Source: Lingula anatina (taxonomy: Eukaryota > Animalia > Brachiopoda). From it: a stretch of DNA of 64,000 nucleotides. The translations under genes and the position numbers were made by a program. The stretch covers positions 25,116,401-25,180,400 of the forward strand of contig CM120641.1 of the NCBI GenBank assembly GCA_051362555.1, given 5' to 3'. A model generated the notes under the pieces. The model saw only the letters and a program-made list of their open reading frames with translations, was not told the DNA's origin and searched no databases. Positions 1 to 13,358 of the stretch are shown here, piece by piece (position 1 is the first letter of the stretch; each line of letters starts with the position of its first letter).

Positions 1-165
1 CACATTTCACTTACATTGGTATTACCTGTTGAGCATAATTAAAATTTGATGTTGAATTTGCAGTTAAGCATAATGTACTTTTGCATCAGAATTGACAGTA
101 GCCCGTTTTGTGCATTGTTATTGTCTGCTTTTTGTCTGTACATTTGACAGCTTTGCTGCCTTGTT
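1..165 (+). mobile_element. 3' end of Helentron-type non-autonomous element (HINE family A)
   Basis: Ends in GTCTGTACATTTGACAGCTTTGCTGCCTTGTT, the same terminus as the copies ending at 23871, 29026, 38891, 48230 and 62626. Confidence 0.8.
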
Positions 166-337
166 ATTATCACTGCTTTTCCATTTTTCCTCAGCAAAAT
201 AAAGCAGTACATGGGTGTTACACTGTGATCTCAGGTCTTGTGTACGGTATGATGATGCATGCAAGAGAAAATGTACTGATGATAGTTAAACAAGATGTCA
301 TCAAAATTCATGATAAAATTATTTTTCATATTTTCAG

Positions 338-2153
338 TGTGGCACCAAATCCACCTCCAAGACCCCAATTCACATTACCAAAGCTGAAAAATCCTCCAGG
401 TGGTAAAGGCATCCCTCTGCAGACTGATGACGGTGATGTCAACAAAAGCTACCTAAGTCTAAGAGCTCCAGACAGTAGTGCCGAGGGTTACAAACACCTT
501 GTTTCTAAACCAAAACACTCTGTTTATGCTGATAGATATGGAGCTGATGAAGCTGGCAGTCCTTCTCGGGTGGGATCACAAATTTCCCTTCAAAAAGAAA
601 AACATTTTGTGGAAGATGAGTCTTGGCAGAGAGCCACCTACAGGCAAGAAAGCCAAAGTCCTGGGAGACAGAAAACACAGACAGACCCAGTTACAATGTC
701 TAGACCAAGCAAAAGTGGATCTTCAATAGGCCAAACAGTAGTTTTCAGTGGACCTATTAACATAACCAACATTTCTCAGCCTAATCGTACTGCCATTCTA
801 CCTCCTCTTCGTCAAATGCCTAAGATGCTCGACAAACACAAACAAGGGGGAAATGATGAGAAATCTGCAGATACCTCCTTGGAGGATGATGCACCACGGG
901 GAGAAGCAAAATCAAGCATAGAAGCAGCCAGTGAAAAACTGGCTGAAGCTCTTTCAAATAAAATCGAAAACAGCCAGGGGGAGATGTGGTCAATAGACCA
1001 AGGACATCTCCATGAATTATCCCATGGCAGTAAAACAATATTGCAAAACATCTATGAAAAAGAAATTCTTGGTACAAAGACAAAGACTGTCACAGATGAA
1101 ATAGAGCATAAACCAGCACTTGACAGCTCTGCCATCCCTCTCAGCAGCCAGCCTGTGAAAACAGGCCAAGGTGACCATTCCCTTAGTCATGTGGAACCTC
1201 AAGAAAATGACTGCAAGTCTGATGAAACCATTGAGGATATTGATATAGAAGAGACAGAAGCAAGCCAAAATGGTGACAGTGACCCACTGCCAAGCTATCC
1301 ATCTGCCACGCGTCGAAATAGTTCAGATGTAGTTACAAGAAGAGAAAATCAATATGATTTACCACCAAAATCAGGCAGGCTCTCTATTGCCACCCATAAA
1401 CCATCCCAATATGAGCCAAACCTTGTAGCTCCAGAGAATAATCCTCCAAACTGTCAAGAAAAACCACATCCACCAAGATGTTTCCTAGAAAACGAGAAAC
1501 CACAATCACCAACAAGTTTCAAAGAGAACATAGGTAGTTCACTGGAATCTGTGAATGTTCCAGAGTTGGAAAATCTTCGCCCAGGTAGCGCATCAAGCAC
1601 TACATTTACTGTTATCTCAGATGATGGTGCTGTTCAGTATGGTAAGAGGCGAACTTCTCTAGCTTCAAGTGAAATAGATGCAGACATACCCATATTGGAA
1701 GACTCTAAAACCCATACAGAGAATTCTTGGAAACTGAAGCCCAAAAGAAAAGTGGCACCAAGTCCTTCAGACCCGGTGCATTTTGAGCCCGGAGAGGCAT
1801 GGAATATGAGCAATTTAGACATAGGAAAAAAAGGAGCAGGTGAGGAAATTTTTGTGCATGATGAGCAGGATTTTGAGGGAGCAAGTAGGCCAAGTTACAA
1901 TGATTTGGAACCAGATTACGAAGACAATAATCATCAGCCATTTGGTGGTGAGACTTCATATCATTCACCAGATGATGGTAGCATCAGAGCCTATGTACCC
2001 CAATCCAGTCAAGATTCAGTAACACCCAAGAAAAAGAAGAAAAAGTTGAAAAAGAAAAAGTCAAATTCCACGGAGAAGAAAAAGAAGACTCCAAAAGTGA
2101 AGTCTACTGAGGGTTTTGGAGAGTACACAAATCAGTGGGAATCCACATTTTGA
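338..2153 (+). CDS. Terminal exon of an unidentified protein (long Ser/Pro/Glu-rich disordered region, poly-Lys, C-terminal ESTF)
   Basis: Acceptor ttttcag ends at 337; ~604 open codons run to TGA at 2151-2153 with coding-like composition; AATAAA at 2568 and 2644. The ORF-track N-terminus (108-337) is intron/HINE sequence. Confidence 0.8.
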
Positions 2154-3086
2154 ATTGTTTCATACCCCTGTAAGACATTATCTCTTTTGTGACTTATTAC
2201 TTGTATGTAGTTATTGTAAATCACCTGTATATTTTACATAAAACTTTGCAGTATGTGTTAACATTAAACCAACAGAAGCAAGACTGTAGCTAGAAACGTC
2301 AAAAGGGGTCCTTTTTCTGTAAAATTAATGTAAATTTTTTACAAATTTGAGAAATGGCATAGAACCTGGTTCAGAGCAGATGCTTTCAGGCCTTAGGGGC
2401 AGTTCTTTCTTACTCCCCAAACCCCCTGCTTTTAGGCAGGGGAAACCAGCCAGAGTCTCATGTATCAAAGTTTGGCACTTTACAGTGTTTTCTTTGCATA
2501 TATTGATTGATACTATATTATCAGTATATTATCAATATTTTATATTTTTAATTACAGCTATAATAACAATAAAGAATCATTGTACTCGATATTAAACACA
2601 TTTTGTAAATAGATGGTGTTTAAAATACAGAATGAAAAAAAATAATAAATTGTAAATGCACAATATAAAAAAACGATTGTTTGAGAATGATGTCCCTGTA
2701 ATAATAAGATAAAATGTAATAATTGTAAAGAGTCCTCTTTTTTGTCTTTTGCAGAAATCTGAATAAACTTTAGGTTTGTGCTTTTTTATCACATATATAT
2801 TATACAAACATGCTGCACTCCAATGTGTATCAAACATGATTGCAAGTTGGACAGTGAATCGTTCCAAGTACATGTACTAATTACAAAGAAATATTGCATT
2901 ACATTACTCAATAAACTGCTACGAAACACTTTGTTGCCTTTCTGTTGTAGTTACACCATTATTGGACAGAGGCTGTTTGATAGTATATCATATTACAGGG
3001 GCAGATCCGTAGCTATTTTCTGACAGTGTTCCAAATTATCTTTGTTGATCCATCCTCCAATTTTGACCGCCTTCCAACAGAAAAAA

Positions 3087-3300
3087 TTAGACACCTGTCA
3101 ATGTAAACTTGAAAATCTGATCGTCTTCTGGAAGAAGTGATGCACATAAGAGGGGCTGGCCACTGTAAGACTCCTTACGACACAACCTGCATCTTCTGTA
3201 GACCCACTTGTCATGAGCTGTGCACAGAATGAAGTTGGCCTGAACTCCTCTCCCACGTACACTACAGGGGAATGCCCCCGACTCCTTCACCTCGTCCTTG
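3087..3300 (-). mobile_element. RTE-type LINE ORF2 fragment (Cys-rich finger after the RT domain)
   Basis: Translation SGAFPCSVRGRGVQANFILCTAHDKWVYRRC resembles the GKxPCSVCxKGVGxNSIxCxxCxxWVHKRC motif of RTE-clade elements. Confidence 0.5.
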
Positions 3301-3735
3301 TTATTGCCCCCCCCCCCCCCCCCACCATACTGTATATATTAACATTTTTTTTTATTATTTAAAGTGAACGAGCGGAATAATTGTTTGTTTTAGTGGAACT
3401 TAACTTACATCAGTCTAGCAGCTTTAATCACTAAAAAAATCACTAGATTAGAAGGGAGTAAGATGTCTACTCTAACGTTTCAAAAATGTCTAAAGTGTAA
3501 TTTTTTTAATAACCCAAAAAACTAGCTTGTGGCTACTTTCGCGGTGTCGCCCAGCTTTTGAAAGCTGAAAAATAAACTTCATGACGTCTTTGATCGTCTT
3601 TGTTGCAGGTCACATATTTTAGTTGTTTGATGTTTTTGTAATATTCAGTTATTTCGACGAAAAGCTTGACGTTATGGTGACAGGACACAGTCAAATATTT
3701 TACACGAAACTCAGCAATCGGCATTCTCTTATTAA

Positions 3736-3950
3736 AGGCCCCTTTAAACTGGACGGCGCCCTTTCTGCATCTCTTGGTACGGCCCCATTTTAGAGTGAAA
3801 TATATAAACATTAACGTGCTGACAACTGGCCGATTATTGAGCATTCATTCTGCAGCTAAAGCGATGTTTGTAGCCTACCTCCTTTCTACGATCACAGTGA
3901 TGTCAGTTTCATGATCGCAGAAAGGACGCCGTCCAGTGTAAAGGGGGGTT
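3736..3950. mobile_element. PIF/Harbinger-like MITE, copy 1
   Basis: TIRs CCCCTTTAAACTGGACGGCGCCCTTTCTGC / GCAGAAAGGACGCCGTCCAGTGTAAAGGGG; internally homologous to 4889-5100; TAA at the left flank. Confidence 0.75.
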
Positions 3951-4888
3951 TAGAAAGATATTTCAAAAATCTTCGTTACCTGGCATTGTGAAAAATATAC
4001 TTGAAGTTGGGGACAAAATGAATCAGTAAAATATATGTGTACAAAAAAAAAAAAAAAAAAAAGACTGAAGAGAGCTAACGCCAAAATGTATTAGGTATTA
4101 TTATGAAAAGGTGTTTTTAAAATGCTTTATTTCTTGACAAAATATCAGGATGCAACATTACAGAGAACGGTCTGTTAGGTTAGGCCATCGAACTCGAATC
4201 TCGTTATTCCCATACATCTCTATTCGACCTAGAAAAAGGACTGGTTCGTTTCTTATGAGTATTAAAGTGAACCCTTCATCACTGCCTGTCTCGCCCATTT
4301 AGAAAATACAATCGGCTCATTAGAAGAATACATTTAGCAAACCGTTATGGCTTAATGCTCGTTCATGCACTAAAAAAGAAACGCGCTCTTTTTTTGGATT
4401 CGTAGTCTCTGGGTAATAAGCCTTTTCGTGTTCTCTTTGCACAACGGCTCAAATGACTATATAGTAACATGGGCTGTAGGGGACGCCATCTTTTTCGCTC
4501 AGTTATCACCTCGGTTCTGTCACGAGGTGTAACAACAAATCCCGTCAGTGATGAAAGTTACCATATATGGGTGTTTAGCGTGAAAATACGAGGGGATCTT
4601 TGGCATTTTTAAATACTGGCCGATCCATCGTTCCATGTCAAATTCAGACTTAGAGACACCTACTGGTAAAAACTTTGATATTAAAATCATGAACACAATT
4701 CAAAATCCATTCTTCTTATCTCAACCCAATATAGGATTTCATGCTGCAATTCTGTGACCTCGTCTGAAATGCAATAGGCATAAAATAAAACGTGTTACTA
4801 ATGCAATAATACGGTTTTCCAAGAGTTAAGATAAAGAACAGAATACACGCACTGTTCCTAAAATAAGCTGAGATCGTCCAAACGTTAA

Positions 4889-5100
4889 GGCCCCCTTTAC
4901 ACTGGACGGCGTCCTTTCTGCGTCCAGCAGTACGGCCCCATTTGAGAGTTAAAAAATTATAATACTTTACGTTCCGACAACTGGCTGATCATTGAGCATT
5001 CATTCTGATACAAAACCAATGCTCCTGCCTCCTTATTAAGACCACAGCGATGCCAAATTTCATGGTCGCAGAAAGGACGCCGTCCAGTGTAAAGGGGGTA
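4889..5100. mobile_element. PIF/Harbinger-like MITE, copy 2
   Basis: Perfect 32-bp inverted repeat (4891-4922 vs 5067-5098) flanked by a TAA duplication (4886-4888, 5101-5103). Confidence 0.85.
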
Positions 5101-5263
5101 TAAGAAGTAGATCACCTTTGACAATCAGTCACGATATCACTCGAGTCTGGGACCCATAAGGTAAGTTTAATGGACCCTAGCTCGAGAACAATTCTTCTGG
5201 CAACGCGATAAAGAAGTCAGTAGACTGGAACTCGTGTTGATGACGTTCAGATAAATACCCATG

Positions 5264-5494
5264 GTACTAGCTGGACCGATCCAACTTTGCGGGAAGTTTT
5301 CCTCAGTGCAATCACTGTAATCTTAATTGCTAAACTGCACTCAGTGTCTGACACGCCTCCTCGAGCTGGGGGTATTTAAGCCGAGAAAGCTAATTACCCC
5401 GCAGATACTCAAGGTGTGTCAGACAATTAAGCTGATTAAACTGAATGCAATTTAGGGAGAATCCCCGGCAGAGTTGGATCGTTCCAGCTGGTAC
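5264..5494. mobile_element. Degenerate fold-back MITE
   Basis: GTACTAGCTGGACCGATCCAACTTTGC pairs with GCAGAGTTGGATCGTTCCAGCTGGTAC; an inner inverted pair TGTCTGACAC/GTGTCAGACA is also present. Confidence 0.6.
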
Positions 5495-5548
5495 ATGTAC
5501 AATGTTTGAATATGAACGTGATCTTTGATGAAAAAAGTGCAGTCCTCT

Positions 5549-5551
5549 GTT

Positions 5552-5586
<35 letters not shown>

Positions 5587-5601
5587 TTATTATTATTATT
5601 T
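5549..5601. repeat. (TTTA)n/(TTA)n microsatellite
   Basis: Directly visible tandem units. Confidence 0.85.
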
Positions 5602-6986
5602 TTGACAATACACTTTTGCATCCTTTGTTTTCATTAGCAAAAAGATTAACGAAACGATATTCTGAGAATCCTGTGAAAACTTAATTATTTACTTTATTTG
5701 TGAACGAGACTAATGTGATGCTTATTGAATATTGATTTGTAATAATTGGGGACTGCTGTGGGGCTGACCACAGTAACCGGATAGCGTTAATTCCTTCGGA
5801 AATTAAAGTTGGAGAAAAAGCGCAGGTCCATTTTCCCCACAGAGCATTTTTATTATAATAAACAGAAGCCATATAAGCAAGGAGCTAACCTTTTAAAAAA
5901 ATCGGACAGAATTTATCAATTCACAAAAATTTTGTCACGAACTTATTAAGGAAAGTACCTGTAGTATGGTCTGTCGGGATCTCTGAAGCATGGCTGTTTG
6001 TTCCCTTCGAACTGATTTACGTAACACAAGGGAGAACGGAGAGCACGCCAGTCCGTCATTGTCAATATGGAATCATTTGAAAATGTCACAACACTTGCAC
6101 TACTAACATGACTGTGAAAAATTTTTCGTCATTTAAATATCTTATTTTTGGTAGTTTCTTTCTAGCATCCCCCCTCCCCCCGAGCCTGGTGTTACCTTTC
6201 TAACACGTTTAATGCAAGCAGCGAAAACACCTGCCTTTCTTCTTTTAACAGATTCATTACACCAGTAGTATGTATTTATTATGAAATCAAGAATCAGATC
6301 AATTCTGGAATAGCTTTCTTCTGACCAAGAGTTATTTTTACTCCGCTAGTTTGCCACCATATTTCATTTTCGATATCCATCCTTGTGTGGTGGATAAAAT
6401 GCCTACAAGAAATACAAAACAAACCTCCACTTTCACCAGTTTAATCGTTGTCATTAATATTCAAACATGCCCTTTAGCTTTTTTGTTGTACTTCTTTCAA
6501 CAATCGGTGACTATAGATTGCAGTATATGGAGACTTTATTTAGCCTTTCAACAACATTCACTGTAGAAGCGATTAAGCCTTAATACAACAGCCAAGATTG
6601 TTAAAACAATAATCAACGTCTACGGATCACAGTAGAAGTGATTCAGCTTTAAAAAAATGTTAACATGTACGGATCACTGTAGCAACAACGCGTTACCACT
6701 TTTTACGTCTCTTTTCACTCATGTATTCATTTATTATAGTGTCCTATATTTAGAAGTCACTCAGCCCTCTTGGAGGCCACTTTATTTCTAAAACAGCCGA
6801 CATTGGTATCCTCTGCTATCGGGGCCGTCTAAAACAGTAAACAAAATTTAAATATGAGAAAAAAATAACACACTTGTAACAGACTATTCTAGCGTCCCCA
6901 TCAGAGAGTTCGTGCTTGGCTGGTGTTATGAATTGTTGTTATAATCTTTGCTATTTGTTTGACTGTTTTGTTTTTTACCTTTCCAG

Positions 6987-8336
6987 AGTTAGCAAGCAGT
7001 CAAACACAAAAAGGTGACAATAATGCCCAAAACTTTACGAAATCAATCATCTGTCTTTTGAAAATCACCGTACTCTTTTACATGATCCATTTTAATAACA
7101 CACTGCCAAGTGACGTTGAAGTGAGTTTTTATTGCAATGCTCCGTCGGTGGCAGTTCGATATATAGAAGGCCCAGGAAACTTTCACACAACAGGTGAAAA
7201 GGGGTACGTCTTCATAGATGGGTTCTATATTGATGTAGAGTGCCACGTACATATGGAACCCAAAAAGATGAAAATCGACATCGGTCGCTGTGGTATTAGA
7301 GTGAGCGTGAATTTCAGGACAGTTTTTCAAGATGACATGGGCTATTTTCTGGCGACAAACGACCAGATGCACACCTTCTGCTGTAATAGCGGGGAATTTA
7401 AAATCCAATGTCACATTGATCAATGCCACGATTCGAGGTCGTGCGGGAAATATCACACCAGAGGTGGGGATGGTAATGAGCGGTCGCGTTCCACCAATGG
7501 AGGCAACCGTGAACATGGAAATCCGCCGAGCGTCAGATATGGGACTTATTCCATCTGAAGGGTCAGCCACAGTGGCACCGGGGGAGAACGTGACTCTCGT
7601 ACTTAAAGTCTTGCCTAGTAACTCTTTGAATATTACTGTGAACAGGTGCTGGGCCGCCGCTGCCATTGACGCGTCAGACGCGTGGAAATCGGTAGAGCTC
7701 ATATATGGCGGATGTCCTGCCGTGTGGTTTATTAGCGATTTCATCCAGAGCGCAGACGACCATTCACTGCGTGCGACGTTTCCAATGATTCTTATCACCC
7801 CATGGCATAGCTCCGGCTGGGGGCAAATGAACTTTTTTTGCACCTTGACTGTTTGCAACAACAATAAAACTGAGGATGCTTGTCATCAAAATATTTGTCC
7901 AGTTGATAATCGGACCATGCCTCCTCCAAGGGAAAAGAGGCAAACTAATGCAGACGGCAAGCTTGCCCTAGACAAGGGCGTGTTTGATGATGAACACGAA
8001 TCAGGATTTCTGGCTCTGCGTTACTCGCTTTGGGTGTTTGATCCTGGGAATTCAAAGTTAATTAATTTTAAATCCTCTACTGTGACTTTATCAGAGAAAA
8101 AAGAGTCGGGTTCATTTACCTTTCAGAATGGCACAAGCGAAGCACTCTGTGCATCCCAACTGATATGTGTAAAGAAAGCAGAGATAATTATTGTTATGTG
8201 TGCTATTGGCATGTTGTTTATATGCTACTTCACTATAACCTTTCGGTTTTGCATTCAGAAGTTAAGCAACAATGACAGAAGTCGTCTTCACATAAGAAAA
8301 AGTTATGTTTATGTGTTAAATTCTACAAAGAGTTGA
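6987..8336 (+). CDS. Zona pellucida (ZP) domain membrane protein, single large exon, 1-nt frameshift near 7391-7394 (pseudogene or assembly error)
   Basis: Acceptor ttccag ends at 6986. ZP-N 4-Cys pattern (FYC..VEC..GRCG..TFCC) in ORF 6959-7558. ZP-C (PGENVTL..VNRCWA..LIYGGCP..FFCTLTVC), furin site REKR and TM helix (IIIVMCAIGMLFICYFTITF) in ORF 7332-8336. Confidence 0.8.
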
Positions 8337-8383
8337 TATACTGATAGATTCAGATAGATTAAGACGTAATGATCGTGTCTTTT

Positions 8384-9261
8384 GGCATCAAGACACCCTC
8401 CCCCTCCACGACAATTCCCCGACCCTCCCCCTCTGGACCCTTCCGGTTAATTTCCCTTCCCCGTAATGAACATAATTATGAGAATGAACAATGTGATATT
8501 GGGAAAATTGTAAATGCCTGCATTTAACAAATGCAAAATGTATATACCGGTGGAGTTGGGTAAACAGATAATCTCATTTATACAGGCATCCCTTTGATTA
8601 ACTGATACTTTGAATTGTTTTACCTCCCCCCCCCCTCCTTTCATCACTATGCCTGTCTATAATCAGAGTGCTTCGTCAGGTAAAGGTGGGGTCAGCAGAT
8701 AATTTTCATCCATTGAGCAGCTTCTGTCAGTTTCAATTGTTTCTCCACTCTTCCCCACTCTTCAATTGTTTCTCCACTCTTCACAAAACTACAAAACCTA
8801 CAAAACTTATTTTCTTTCTCTTGTTTCGTTATTATTATTCTTATTTTCTTCACCTATTATTCAGAAAAATCACTAACATAAAATAATATGCAGATAAAAT
8901 GACCCTTTTAGAAAAATTGATGAAATGGTACTATTTTGATTAAAAATTACATATAATGGCAAATTTACAAGATTTGCATCTAAAGCATCTAAAAATTAAT
9001 GTTGATGTGCTTAAGTGACCTTCATGTATCTTGTAATAAATAGCCAATACTTTCTTATATTCAGTAAAATATTCAAGAAATATGTAAATGCCTTAAATCA
9101 AAAATGGATAATGCAAAGCAGTATATTTTCTTTCCTGGGAAGGTGGCAGGGGATGCCTTGGAGAGTTGGATTGTCCGTGGGGGGTTGTCTTTCGCAGAAT
9201 TGTCCGGGGGGGGGGGGTTATCCGTGGGGAATTGTTCAAGGAGGACTTGACTTAGAATGCC
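8384..9261. mobile_element. Degenerate MITE with GACAATTCCCC / GGGGAATTGT subterminal repeats
   Basis: C-rich gacaattcccc motif at ~8400-8460 faces G-rich ggggaattgt/gggggttgtc motifs at ~9150-9245. Confidence 0.4.
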
Positions 9262-10522
9262 TTTATTAGTTATATGTACTTTTTGATTCACACGAAAGCA
9301 TGTAATTGTTTGGTCATTGGGATTTGAATGTTTTATACAGTTGTTCATATTCTGGCTCTTAGTATGTTTTTGTTAATGTGCTAATAGGTTTTTAGTGTCG
9401 CTCTTATTTTGTTTCTAGTAGTTTTATTTGTTACAGTTTTATTTTGTAAAATGCCAATCACTGAGGGACCAGTTGTTATGTACCTTTACATATACATATG
9501 AGATGAATGTCCTAAACTTATATAATTTAGAACGCTTAATTCAAGCGTGGGCTCGAAATAGGACATTACGTTTTAAACTTACTCAGTGGATAACGCAATT
9601 CGAAATTCCACGGTTCGTGTCAGCGTTACGTATGGTCGCGCAAAGAAAACCCCAGTCCACATAATGACCAGTTTAATGGTTTATTGGTTGACGATCTCTA
9701 ACTACATGTTCTATACGTGAAGCCTCCAACTTCTAAGCCGTCTCCCATAGCTCCGTCGAGCGGTCACCTTCGAGTCTTCTTCCGTCTGACCCCCGATATT
9801 AATTCTATACGTCTTTTATACCTATTTCTTATCTTTAGGTGGATTCTGTGCTGCAGTATTTGGCGGTACATACTAATTTTAATTATTCAAATTGCACACG
9901 TCCACTTAAGTTACATGACTTCAGGTAAGGCCATAAAACGAGTCGAGTGCACAAGCAATCGACTCTAATCAAATTAATTTACATGTCTGGGAATTATATT
10001 TGTGAACACTACACGTTATATTTGTGAACACTACACAGTGATGACTGAGGCATATACCAATCCAGTTTTATTTGTTTGTATATACTTGTTAACGGTAATG
10101 TTATTGAGTAAGACGTAGTATATACAATATACCCACACTGCAATCATAATATAACACCCGTGGACGGACAGCACAGGATCTCTACCCAAGGCACGGCACC
10201 TCTACCCAAATTATCTATCCAGTGTCAATTTGACTTTTTTTAATCATACCTGTTGCTTAGCATGTATATCTAATAAGGATAAAAAAGAATATTGTCATGT
10301 GTTTACAAAGGCTATATCTATCATTAAGATCTCGGTAGAGCAAATTAGATCCATCCATCAAAGAAGAGAACTCCATGTTAAGACGGATTTTTGAGAAATA
10401 GTGATGCTTTCTCCTGGAGTCTCATCAAATCCTTGCAAATGCAAGCCATCATTTAGAGATAATTTTTCCGGTATGTTAACTAAAAAGATGCTATATTATG
10501 AGTTAATTACAGGGCTTCACCC

Positions 10523-10559
<37 letters not shown>

Positions 10560-11038
10560 AAATATATTTTCCGTCCGTCATTCATAAAAAGGCGATACTA
10601 TTGAAAAATGTTCTAAATCCAGTTAAGTGCTCTCTCTTATACTCCGGAATATAACTTAATGAACACCTTTGACTGGTGTCATTTTTGAATGTCCAATAAT
10701 GGCAAGATTGACACATATTAGAAAAAAATTATCAAGAGTTTGGTGTTTGTGTATGTGTGTTCTTACTTACAGTGTAATTATTTCATGTGCGCTACCATAT
10801 GGGGTATGCTATTTTAAATGAGCATTCTTAAAACTAGTTAAAATCAAGGCTTTGAGAAGAGTTTTTAAAATGGATGTGGTCGCTTTAGGCATATGCTTCT
10901 ACAACAGTATCTTTACTTAATAAGAGGTTTCATTAATTTGTCAAATTCACAGTGTGATAACTGACGTCGAAGTTGAATCTTAATTCAGATGGGTTGCACA
11001 GAAAGTATTGATATTTAAAGAAAGATGTGTCAATGTGC

Positions 11039-11060
11039 GTGTGTGTGTGTGTGTGTGTGT
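11039..11060. repeat. (GT)n microsatellite
   Basis: Directly visible. Confidence 0.9.
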
Positions 11061-13183
11061 TAGAATACGTTCGTTTTCATTCGTCTTAAGAGAACACATA
11101 CACCGTGGTGTTCGTTTTTCGTTGAATATTGATAATGTGTTCAGTCGAGTCAGTTCCCTTTACCTGATACCAATTCCTGTTGGTATTATTTTACTGATTG
11201 ATGAATGCTACAAATGCTTATTTTTAGTGTGTGGTTTTCATGGCTTTGTACGTTGTTGTAAAAAGTAATTCTTAAAGACCACGATTAGCGTTTTAGCCTC
11301 CTCTTCCTTGTTTTAGCCTCCCCTTCCGGACTTGAGACTAAAGGGAGGGGCGGGGGGGGGGGGGGGTCCTTGATACATTGATACGTTTTCAAGCAATGAC
11401 AGAACCGACTGTTTTTGATCGGAATTAGTTCAATGACACACAGCCGCGAAACTATAAGAAAAGGTCAAATACAGTACTTCACCTTAGATGACAAATGTTT
11501 CCACGACAGCGCAAGTTTTAACAGGCTATTCTAACAGCAATTTTCTTCTGATTAGTAACAGCGCAATGAGGGTTGCTTTGATTTTTCTTTGATTTCAGAG
11601 GCACATTCCTATAAGGTGGTAGGGGTTTCCAAGAATTTCGATATTGTTAACAGTGAGGCCCAGATTGGGTCTTATCAGTCTGTCCTTTTTCATTATCTGT
11701 TCAGTGTGAAAGGCAATTACCCGTCGGAGACAATGATGGTTTTCTTTGATTTATTACGGGGCTGTCTCATTATCTGGATTAAGGTCATTCATCTTATAAT
11801 GGCTTTTATAACAGTAAAAAAGCAATGTGTCCATGTAGGACGAACGGAATCAATATTCAAGTCGCACCGATTCTGTACGACCATAACCCTTAATCATGTA
11901 CTTTGCTAGAGGAATTTATTCTAAACTTTGCAAAGATCGTGTGCTTTTCTGTTAACTGTATATATATGTATTCTCATTATCTGCGGTGAGGTGCCACAGG
12001 CGTAGACAATAGGCCTGTATTGTATTTTCTAAAATTATTCAGACATCTATGGATACAAAATCTTTTCTGAATGACGTTTTCGTGAATCGGTATCAGAATA
12101 TAATGTAAAAAGATTACTGTAAAAGAGAGACCGATATACCTATCTTGTATTAGTCCTATTAACTTAGTCCTGGCAAAGAGTTAACCCTGTCACTAAGTCA
12201 TCTTTAATTCAAATTTTCTATGAATCGCTATTAAAAGTACATTGCTTACGAGCTACAAGGGACTAAGGGACCTACATGTAAAAGAGGCCGACTAGCCCAG
12301 GAACTCTCTGAGTTCTAATCGACAGGAATTCAAAATTGACAGTGCTGTCTACAGTTACACATTTCGAAAATATTTTGAACAACCAAAACAAATGAATACC
12401 GAAGTTCTGCTTTAACTAAACTCTGACCACAGGCCCGCTAGTTGTATGTTACAAAATTATATTATCACATATACTTTAATTTTGTATACTATTTTAGACG
12501 CCCATGATATCAGAGAGTCGTTTTAACGATCACTGTGAAAATTGGCACTTCACAGTAATTCTCACAAGTCGAGCCTTCCATAAATGATTAAAAATTTAAA
12601 TTGCAGTACTTGGCAACGCCGAAAGTGCAAGAAACCTGCAATTTATTCAGATCGAATACTGTGCGTATTTTTTTTCTCATTTTTTAAAATTCCCTTCTTG
12701 ACTTGAAGCTCCCTCAATGCCCTAAAAGAGCACCAAAAGTGTCAAGTGAAAAGCTTATAGTTCGCAATTGCTATGCAATGGATAACCGATCACGACGTAA
12801 AGTGCTCTCTAGGTCCATATGGTCTGGCCTAAAAATAGGCTTAAAATGGGCTTTAAAATAGGCTTTAAAATGAGCATGCTGTTCCATTTTTGCGAATGTA
12901 AAATATTTGGAGTGTTATTAATCCCAAATATCCCAATGTAATTACTTTTGGGTCCTCTAACTTCATTTTTCTTGCACATCGTGCAAGATTTGGAGATTCA
13001 GACTGGAACTCTTTTTCCTATCAATGTGGTGAGTTGGCCAGCCGATTGGAGCACTCAAATTGACGCCTACTTTCTTGTGACCTTGATCGTTACTATCAGA
13101 GGAAAACTAGAAAAGCATAAGTGAGTATTGCTAAGCAACAAAGTCAGTCCCTTTCAAAACGACAAGATCAAATAAACCTTAAT

Positions 13184-13358
13184 TATTATCGGTCTGACAG
13201 GAATGGTAGTCCGGTAGGAACCGAAGTCAGTTCCCCATTATTAAATGTACAGGTGGCATTCGTCCCATATACATATACTTACCTCAATACTCCGACTTAC
13301 CCTAACCTGTACTAATCATATGGGACCCCGCATTACCATTCCTGTCACACCGGCAATA
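13184..13358. mobile_element. Short MITE
   Basis: TIRs CGGTCTGACAGGAATGGTA / TACCATTCCTGTCACACCG. Confidence 0.65.

Noticed and set aside
108-337. N-terminal 77 aa of the 681-aa ORF
   Set aside because: Starts at TTG inside a HINE 3' end and lies upstream of a strong splice acceptor at 337; intronic.
3359-3520. Similarity to 18958-19250, possible TTAA/Kolobok-like element
   Set aside because: Patchy similarity only; both ends and a TSD could not be defined.
7301-7317. 17-nt GTGAG...TTTCAG micro-intron as a fix for the ZP frameshift
   Set aside because: Removing it leads to the third frame, not the ZP-C frame, and it is too short for a normal intron.
7397-7403. TTTAAAA as a -1 ribosomal slippery site
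   Set aside because: The ZP-C frame is +1 relative to ZP-N, so -1 slippage does not join them.
7043-7864. 273-aa minus-strand ORF
   Set aside because: Antisense shadow of the ZP coding exon; no motifs.
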